A DNA stretch of 43,058 nucleotides, from sequence record DRR378314_919; one strand, 5' to 3'. Positions within the stretch are counted from its first letter, which is position 1; each line of letters begins with the position of its first letter. This document shows, in pieces, positions 36,791 through 43,058 of the stretch. A program made the position numbers and the translations under genes. The notes under the pieces were generated by a model. That model was not told the origin of the DNA and searched no databases. It was given only the letters and a program-made list of their open reading frames with translations.

Positions 36791-37662
36791 TGCGCCATTC
36801 GCTCCGGCTGCTACTTACTCTGGTTATTGTCGCACTTGCTATTGCCGCCGGTACTTGGCTATGGCGTTACTATCTTTATACTCCCTGGACCCGCGACGCT
36901 CGCATTCATGCAGAGGTCGTCACGATTGCGCCTGATGTATCGGGTTGGGTGCATACGCTCAATGTCACCGATACCGATTACGTTACCCAGGGCGACGTAC
37001 TGTTTGAGATTGATGACACCCGTTATCAAACGGCAGTCGACAGAGCCCAGGCCACGGTTGAACACCGTCAAGCAACGCTCGAACTCAGCCGCGCGGAAGA
37101 GAGCCGGCGGAATCAACTGCGTAGCAGTCGTGCGATTAGTGCAGAAGACCAGCAGGTTGCCCAAATCAACTCACGTATTGCTGCCGCCGATCTCAATCAA
37201 TCCCAGGCCGACCTCATCAGTGCCCAGCTTGATCTAGAACGAACACAAGTAACGGCGCCGGTCAGTGGCCATGTGCTTAACGTGCAATTTGTCGCGGGTA
37301 ACTACGTAAATCGTGGCACCTCGGTAATGGCACTGATCGCCGCCAACTCTTATTACGTGGTGGGCTATTTCGAAGAGACCAAAATGGCGTCGATCAACGT
37401 AGGCGATCCGGTCGAGATCATTCTAATGAACGGCGCTCCCCATCTGGATGGCCGAGTGGCGGGTATTGGCCGAGGCATTGCCGATAGCAACACCACCCTT
37501 AACCAGCAACTGCTACCGCAGGTGGCGCCAACGTTTAACTGGGTGCGCTTGGCTCAGCGTATCCCAGTACGCATTTCGTTAGACAACGTCCCTGACGACA
37601 CGCTACTTAGCGTCGGTATGACAGCAACGGTACGCGTCCACGCTGCCGAACAGCCTGAGTGA
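36790..37662 (+). CDS. AaeA-like efflux membrane fusion protein (HlyD family)
   Basis: PWTRDARI, IAPDVSG, YFEETK, FNWVRLAQRIPVRI; TGATG coupling. Confidence 0.93.
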   Translation: MRHSLRLLLTLVIVALAIAAGTWLWRYYLYTPWTRDARIHAEVVTIAPDVSGWVHTLNVTDTDYVTQGDVLFEIDDTRYQTAVDRAQATVEHRQATLELSRAEESRRNQLRSSRAISAEDQQVAQINSRIAAADLNQSQADLISAQLDLERTQVTAPVSGHVLNVQFVAGNYVNRGTSVMALIAANSYYVVGYFEETKMASINVGDPVEIILMNGAPHLDGRVAGIGRGIADSNTTLNQQLLPQVAPTFNWVRLAQRIPVRISLDNVPDDTLLSVGMTATVRVHAAEQPE

Positions 37663-37665
37663 TCC

Positions 37666-39741
37666 ATGTCGCCGTTTGTTAATACCTACCTGACGCCCAA
37701 TGCCACGGCGGTTAAGTTCGCTATCAAAACCACCTTGGCTATGATGCTGGCACTCTATGTGGCTCTCTGGTTCGACCTGGAAAGACCTTACTGGGCGCTG
37801 ATGTCGGCTGCTTTTCTCCAGGTTCGACCGATGAGCGGCATGGTGATTGAAAAAGGCATTTGCCAGCTTACCGGCACTGTTATCGGTGCCGTTGTAGGTA
37901 TCGTGATAATGGCGCTGTTCGTCCAAGCGCGCATACCCGCACTGATCGTATTGACGGTCTGGATTATGCTGTGCACTTATGTCGGTTCACTGTGGCGTAA
38001 CAACTACACTTACGGCTGCCTGATGGCTGCCGTCACCGCGATGCTGATCGTGGTGATTTCCAGCGGCAGCACACCAGCGGGTATTTTCGACATCGCCGTG
38101 GCGCGGCTTTCCGAACTGGGGCTAGGCGCAATCTGCGCTATGCTGGTCAGCTCGCTACTCTGGCCATCTCATGTGGGTACGCACCTTGCCACCCAGGCCG
38201 ATAGCGTCATCAACGAAGCCTTCGAGCATGCCGCCCTGCGTTTGGAAGCCAGCAACGATATTCCAGCGATGCAGAAAGCCCTGCGGAGTAGCCTAGCGCC
38301 ATTAACACTACTGGAAACCGATAGCCAAGCGGCCCGTTTTGAGGGCCCTGTCGGCCCCGGCCGAGTGCGCGCCACCCATGTACTAACGCGGCGTACGCTG
38401 CGCTTTTTCGCCAACCTTCAAGCACTTCATCAACTGATGTACGACCACGCCGATCGGCTCGACCCACAAAGTATCGAGCTTGCATGTCGGGTCGCTCAGG
38501 GCTTTCGTGAGGCAGAACACGTCAAGGGGGTCGCTAAAGCAAGAAAAGCACTCCAGGTGCTACGCCATCAGGTTCATGAAAGTGACCAGGAGAACAGTAT
38601 CGCCCCACTCGATCAGCGCCTTCGCTTGGGGCTTCGCGAGTCGATTGGCCATGCGCTGGTGATGCTCGACGCCCGCGAGGCAATTGCTTCACCGGGGCGC
38701 CATAAACTACGCTCATCGCCGCTAGCTTGGCACCGTGACCACCTTGCCGCCAGTATTAACGCCATACGCTCGGGATTATTGTTTGCGCTACTGGCAACCT
38801 TCTGGATTGTTACCGCTTGGAATAGCGCAATGATCGCTATGATGCTGGGCACGTTGTTCTCAGCCTTCTTCGCCAGCCGCGAAAACCCAGTCGCTATCAC
38901 GATGATGTTTTACAAAGGCATGTTGGCGGCGATTCCCAGCGCCTTTCTGTTCGGCCATGTACTGCTCTCCCAAGCCAATGGTTTTCCGATGCTAGCGATG
39001 CTGTTTGGCACGCCACTATTTTTAGGCTTACTGGGAGCCACGAACCCGGCCACCATGGGGTACTGTTTAGCCTTTGCTATTTTCAACATTCTGCTGACCA
39101 TGCCTGGCAACGGCATGGATTTCACTTTCGACAGCTTCGCCAACCGGGTGGTGGCCGTGGTGATTGGGCTAACCTGCGTCGTTATGGCTTTTCGCCTGCT
39201 GCCAGGGCCAGGTGCACGACTTAGGAGGCGGCGTCTGATTAAGGCAATTTCCCAGGATATCGATGGGCTACGCCGACGTTCGATTCGAGATGCTGAAACC
39301 CGCTTCAGCGGCCATATGGCCGACCGACTACTGCAGCTCGCTCAGCACGACGACATGCTCCCCGAGGACCAACGCCACCTGTTTATTTTAGGCCTGACAG
39401 GGCTCGATTTGGGCACCGCGATGTTGCGCCTGCGTGACCGTCTTGACGATGCGCCGCATCCGTTAATCCGCCGAACGCACCAAGACCTGCTGCAGACGCT
39501 GGCCAACGGTTTTGCAGAGAGTGCCAACGGACGGCCGCCCAGAGGTATTCGCGAAGCCGGTCAGCAGTTGGAAGCGGCGATTGAGACCTACGGTGACATT
39601 CCCGCCGACCGTCTCGTGCTCATGAAAGGCTTGGTTGAACGACTCGAACTGGCCTTAGAGCGTCTTGCGCGCATTATGGCGGAGCGGCCAAAGATTAAGT
39701 CTATGCATAAAGCCCCGAGCACTCCCGTGCTAAAAAAATAA
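37666..39741 (+). CDS. FUSC family (AaeB/FusB-like) efflux inner-membrane protein
   Basis: FAIKTTLAMMLALY, ERPYWA, ARLSELGLG; two TM blocks. Confidence 0.9.
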   Translation: MSPFVNTYLTPNATAVKFAIKTTLAMMLALYVALWFDLERPYWALMSAAFLQVRPMSGMVIEKGICQLTGTVIGAVVGIVIMALFVQARIPALIVLTVWIMLCTYVGSLWRNNYTYGCLMAAVTAMLIVVISSGSTPAGIFDIAVARLSELGLGAICAMLVSSLLWPSHVGTHLATQADSVINEAFEHAALRLEASNDIPAMQKALRSSLAPLTLLETDSQAARFEGPVGPGRVRATHVLTRRTLRFFANLQALHQLMYDHADRLDPQSIELACRVAQGFREAEHVKGVAKARKALQVLRHQVHESDQENSIAPLDQRLRLGLRESIGHALVMLDAREAIASPGRHKLRSSPLAWHRDHLAASINAIRSGLLFALLATFWIVTAWNSAMIAMMLGTLFSAFFASRENPVAITMMFYKGMLAAIPSAFLFGHVLLSQANGFPMLAMLFGTPLFLGLLGATNPATMGYCLAFAIFNILLTMPGNGMDFTFDSFANRVVAVVIGLTCVVMAFRLLPGPGARLRRRRLIKAISQDIDGLRRRSIRDAETRFSGHMADRLLQLAQHDDMLPEDQRHLFILGLTGLDLGTAMLRLRDRLDDAPHPLIRRTHQDLLQTLANGFAESANGRPPRGIREAGQQLEAAIETYGDIPADRLVLMKGLVERLELALERLARIMAERPKIKSMHKAPSTPVLKK

Positions 39742-39785
39742 GTGTCCGCTCATGAAATTATCAGAGTAAAACGCGAGTGAACTAG

Positions 39786-40724
39786 CTACTTGTATCGCTG
39801 TTGTTCCCGTCGATCAATCATGGGCGCATGCTGAGCCATCAACTCCACGACCCAATCGATAAACACGCGCAGCTTGGCGCTTACATGCCGATTCGGTGGG
39901 AAAGCGACGTACATCGGCATTGGATCGAGATACCAACCATCAAATAGGCGAACCAGCTCCCCGCGAGATACGTGTTCCCTGGCCATGTAGTCAGGAAGCC
40001 ACACTACGCCGAGCCCTGCTAGGCCTGCCGCAAGACCGGCATTACCGTCGTCGACCGAAATCACATAGCGCCCTTGTACGGTGACGCGCTCCCCGTTGCG
40101 GTACATGGCGTAGGGTGAATCCACCCCGGCACGGGCCCATCGGAGCCCTACAATGTAGTGAGGCGGAGCAGAGAGTTCTTGCGGGTGCAAAGGCAAACCA
40201 GCACTTTTCAGATAGCTCGGCGCTGCGTAAACGCCGATCTGAAGGTCGCCTACGCGGCGCGCCACTAATGATAAATCCGTGAGTTCTCCGCCGCGCACCA
40301 CACAGTCCACGCTTTCACCTATCAGATCCACCATGCGATCACTCGCCCCCATATCGATTTGAATATCGGGATATTGAGCGTGGAAAACATGCAACGCTGG
40401 AATCAAGATCATGCGCGCGAAAGGGCTGGGCACGTCCACCCTTAATCGGCCGCGAGGCAACACCGAGGCGTTGGACAGGCTGGTTTCAGCATCATCCATA
40501 TCGGCTAATAGCTTTATAACGCGCTCGTAATAGGCGGCACCGTCAGCCGTAACGTTAACCTTACGTGTGGTGCGGTTGAGCAGCTTTACACGCAGGCGCG
40601 CCTCTAGCTGTTGCACCAGTTGCGTCACGCTGGTCTTGCTCATGTGGAGCGTCTCGGCTGCCTTGGTAAAGCTGCCCGTTTCTACTACTCGGGCAAATGC
40701 CTGCATGGCGTTAAAGCGATCCAT
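39786..40724 (-). CDS. LysR family regulator (CrgA/DmlR-like), divergent from the Rid gene
   Basis: MDRFNAMQAFARVVETGSFTKAA, LLNRTTR, GRLRVDVP, KLRVFIDW. Confidence 0.94.
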   Translation of the reverse strand: MDRFNAMQAFARVVETGSFTKAAETLHMSKTSVTQLVQQLEARLRVKLLNRTTRKVNVTADGAAYYERVIKLLADMDDAETSLSNASVLPRGRLRVDVPSPFARMILIPALHVFHAQYPDIQIDMGASDRMVDLIGESVDCVVRGGELTDLSLVARRVGDLQIGVYAAPSYLKSAGLPLHPQELSAPPHYIVGLRWARAGVDSPYAMYRNGERVTVQGRYVISVDDGNAGLAAGLAGLGVVWLPDYMAREHVSRGELVRLFDGWYLDPMPMYVAFPPNRHVSAKLRVFIDWVVELMAQHAPMIDRREQQRYK

Positions 40725-40863
40725 GGCTATACCATCTCCCGTGATTGTTTGAAAATTACAAATACTGTTGAACAGAATTCGCCGTTTATCCACTCAAGAT
40801 GGGGGCTTAAAGTGACTTCATCGTAAACAACGGGTCGGTGCCGACCTACTGATGGAGATTCAC

Positions 40864-41256
40864 ATGGCTAAGCGTGACGTTATTTTCCCCTCCGGCCGCC
40901 AAGCGCTTTATGACCAAAACACCTATTCCGCCGCCGTTCGTTCTGGCGACTTTCTGTTTGTGTCGGGCCAAGTCGGCAGTCGTGAAGACGGCTCTCCCGA
41001 GCCAGATTTTGCCGCTCAGGTGCAGCTTGCTTTCGACAACCTACAGAGAGTACTGGAAGCAGCGGGCGCAAGCTTCGAGGACATCGTTGATGTGACAAGC
41101 TTCCATACTGATCCGGAAACTCAGTTTGCCACGGTAATGGAAGCCAAGACGCGCGCGTTCCCGGAGAAACCCTACCCGAACTGGACGGCGGTTGGTGTGA
41201 CATGGCTGGCGGGTTTCGATTTTGAAATCAAAGTCATTGCAAAATTACCTGAATAA
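40864..41256 (+). CDS. Rid/YjgF family protein lacking the catalytic Arg
   Basis: YSAAVRSGDFLFVSGQVG, DIVDVTSFH, PNWTAVGV, FEIKVIA; GGAG RBS. Confidence 0.9.
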   Translation: MAKRDVIFPSGRQALYDQNTYSAAVRSGDFLFVSGQVGSREDGSPEPDFAAQVQLAFDNLQRVLEAAGASFEDIVDVTSFHTDPETQFATVMEAKTRAFPEKPYPNWTAVGVTWLAGFDFEIKVIAKLPE

Positions 41257-41322
41257 GCAGGAATACTTCTCATAGGACTATGCGCTGCTACGTAGCGGCG
41301 CTTCTAGTGGCGGCCTCGATAG

Positions 41323-41493
41323 ACTCCTGGAAGCGCAGAATGTCGCGAGGACTTGATGGAGGCACTAAAACACCGCTTTCCCACCGCGCCACCAGCGGCC
41401 ACTTGGTTGATAGTGCACGGCCTTGCCGAGCCGGAATGGCTGATCGCTTTCGAGGCCGAGGCGGTACTGCCAGGATACGCCTTAAACAACTAA
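41323..41493 (+). pseudogene. C-terminal remnant of another Rid-family gene (not in the ORF track)
   Basis: Manual translation TPGSAECREDLMEALKHRFPTAPPAATWLIVHGLAEPEWLIAFEAEAVLPGYALNN*, preceded in frame by TAG. Confidence 0.7.
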
Positions 41494-41702
41494 ATGATCG
41501 CACCACGTTTAGTAGCAACTCTGGAAAGCGACGAGGCTTGCAACTCTATCGCTCCGAATAAAGACTTTGGTGAAACGATTATGTTGGGTCAAGGATGGCT
41601 GGACGAACCGCCCTGGCAGTGGTTGGATTAAACTGAGTGCCAACGAACCGAGGGCACTAGCGTTTTATCTTTTCCATTGAGATTGCCGAGAATCTCCTTG
41701 CC

Positions 41703-42899
41703 CTAACTAAAGCGTAGTTGCTGGGGCGCTTTAGATTGATCAAAACGGAGGCTCATCACTATCAGTCCAATAAAAATCACCCCAAGCATCAGCCATGCCT
41801 GCTCAAACCCTCCCAGCAAGTCTTTTATCAACCCCGCCGCGATAGGTGCTAAAGACGCAATGAGATAGCCGATGCCCTGTACCCAAGCAGTCAGTTGGCC
41901 AGCTAGCACGGGATCGTCTGAGTGATCCATAGTGATGATCAAGCTTAAGGGAAATAGGCCACCAATTCCTAACCCCAGCAGCGCGGTTGCCAACCAAGCC
42001 ATTGTTTTAGGCATTAGCCCAAGAAGCAAAAAGCCCGCCACCGACAACAGCAGTACCAGCAATAACACCGGGCGACGGTCTTTCATTTGTTGAGCCAGTA
42101 TCGGAAACGTTAGGCCAGCCATCACCTCGATGGCCGTTAGCCAACTAAGCGCCAGCCCCGCTTGCGTTTCAGACCAACCTAAATGGATAAAGGTGGGCGG
42201 AATCCAAGCAAGAAGGCAGGTATAACCCGCTGTGCCTAAGCCAAAGAAAATCGCCAACGACCAAAACCGAGGCTGCCGCGCCATCGCAGAAAAGGCGATG
42301 CTAACCCTCCTGTTTTGGCTAGGGGCTGGCAGTACTCGCCTGCGCATCGCCCAGCAAACGAGCCCTGCAAGTGCTAATCCCCCCCATAACGCCAAGGCGC
42401 TCTGCCAGCCAATATAGTCACTCACTACAGGGGTAATGGCAGAGGCGAGAGCTGCGCCCCCCATAATGGAGGCAATGTAGAACCCCATCACCATTGGGGT
42501 TTTCTCGCCTGCCGCCTGTTTTATCACCGCAGGAAGTGCGGCCTGGATAAAAGCTATGCCAATGCCGGCTCCCAGTGCAGCTGCCCATAAACCTGTATAC
42601 CCGAAGCCAAACCAGTGTAACGCATCCGATAAAGCAATCGACGCAAGCGCCAGGGTAATCACGCTATTAAAGCCGATCCGCTTTGCGAGAAATGCGCTAG
42701 CAAAACACCCCAGCCCCATCGCTAGTACCGGCAACGTGGTTAAAAGCGACAGCTGTGTAAATGAAAGGCTTACATCGTGACGGATTGCCTCAACCAGCGG
42801 CCCAATAGCTGCCATGGATGGCCGCAGGTTGAGCCCAATAAGAATGATCAGCAGGATCGTTCTTACCAACGGTATTGATCTCGAATTGCTATTGCGCAT
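41703..42899 (-). CDS. CynX/NimT-family MFS transporter (alternative start at 42926)
   Basis: GLNLRPSM, LLTTLPVL, QAALPAVIK, GGLFPL, VQGIGYLIA. Confidence 0.9.
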   Translation of the reverse strand: MRNSNSRSIPLVRTILLIILIGLNLRPSMAAIGPLVEAIRHDVSLSFTQLSLLTTLPVLAMGLGCFASAFLAKRIGFNSVITLALASIALSDALHWFGFGYTGLWAAALGAGIGIAFIQAALPAVIKQAAGEKTPMVMGFYIASIMGGAALASAITPVVSDYIGWQSALALWGGLALAGLVCWAMRRRVLPAPSQNRRVSIAFSAMARQPRFWSLAIFFGLGTAGYTCLLAWIPPTFIHLGWSETQAGLALSWLTAIEVMAGLTFPILAQQMKDRRPVLLLVLLLSVAGFLLLGLMPKTMAWLATALLGLGIGGLFPLSLIITMDHSDDPVLAGQLTAWVQGIGYLIASLAPIAAGLIKDLLGGFEQAWLMLGVIFIGLIVMSLRFDQSKAPQQLRFS

Positions 42900-42948
42900 A
42901 CCCACTGCCCACCCTTTATCGGCCATTGCTAAATAAGAATCGGCACTT

Positions 42949-42979
42949 ACTGTAAAACCTCTAGTTAACTTGAGGTCAA
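42949..42979 (-). promoter_or_regulatory. SoxR box inside a 19-bp-spacer sigma70 promoter
   Basis: Minus strand TTGACC-N19-TACAGT containing CCTCAAGTTAACTAGAGG, one mismatch to the SoxR consensus CCTCAAGTTAACTTGAGG. Confidence 0.9.
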
Positions 42980-43028
42980 GAGAAATAAGGGTTACTGAGA
43001 CATTTCCGGATTAAAGGGATAAAGGAAA

Positions 43029-43058
43029 AAAGAGGAAAGAGGAAAGAGGAAAGAGGAA
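43029..43058. repeat. Heptamer tandem repeat (AAAGAGG)n running off the window end
   Basis: Four full copies plus a partial copy. Confidence 0.85.

Noticed and set aside
41280-41561. 93-aa ORF as a real gene
   Set aside because: It has no family features, and the Rid-like signal lies in a different frame, so it is treated as part of a pseudogene.
41494-41631. 45-aa ORF MIAPRLV...GWLDEPPWQWLD directly after the Rid remnant
   Set aside because: No RBS and no recognisable motif. It may be further debris, but I cannot support a call.
1-43058. Mobile element, prophage or anti-phage defence island
   Set aside because: No integrase, transposase, phage, nuclease or reverse-transcriptase motifs, no tRNA and no flanking direct repeats were seen.

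Overview
A 43-kb, gene-dense chromosomal segment of a gammaproteobacterium. Acidic periplasmic proteins and gene content suggest Halomonadaceae, but that is inference. I see no rRNA, tRNA, CRISPR array, integrase or transposase. The window is a patchwork of accessory redox, stress and nutrient modules, in this order: (1) a CurA-like reductase and a membrane PQQ glucose dehydrogenase convergent with a PqqU/YncD-like TonB receptor (PQQ scavenging); (2) Pmp3/YqaE, a deaminase, a cold-shock protein, RlmA and a DMT/LysR pair; (3) an XRE regulator divergent from an MFS-acyltransferase-acyl-ACP-synthetase fusion whose synthetase domain is decayed and truncated and abuts a RidA fragment; (4) an alpha/beta hydrolase and MscS; (5) a pirin/pirin/ABM/YcaC/LysR cluster with a shared operator; (6) a DUF2157-DUF4401-GDYXXLXY membrane operon divergent from a secreted Met-rich peptide, a two-component system and msrPQ; (7) a Fur/FecIR-controlled siderophore transducer with a periplasmic IroE-like esterase; (8) an MmyB/MFS pair, an AaeXAB-like pump and a LysR/Rid pair; (9) a CynX-like MFS under a near-perfect SoxR promoter. 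The best candidate for an undescribed system is module 6, a putative periplasmic oxidant (HOCl) sensing and scavenging unit. Family calls come from recalled motifs, not database searches.
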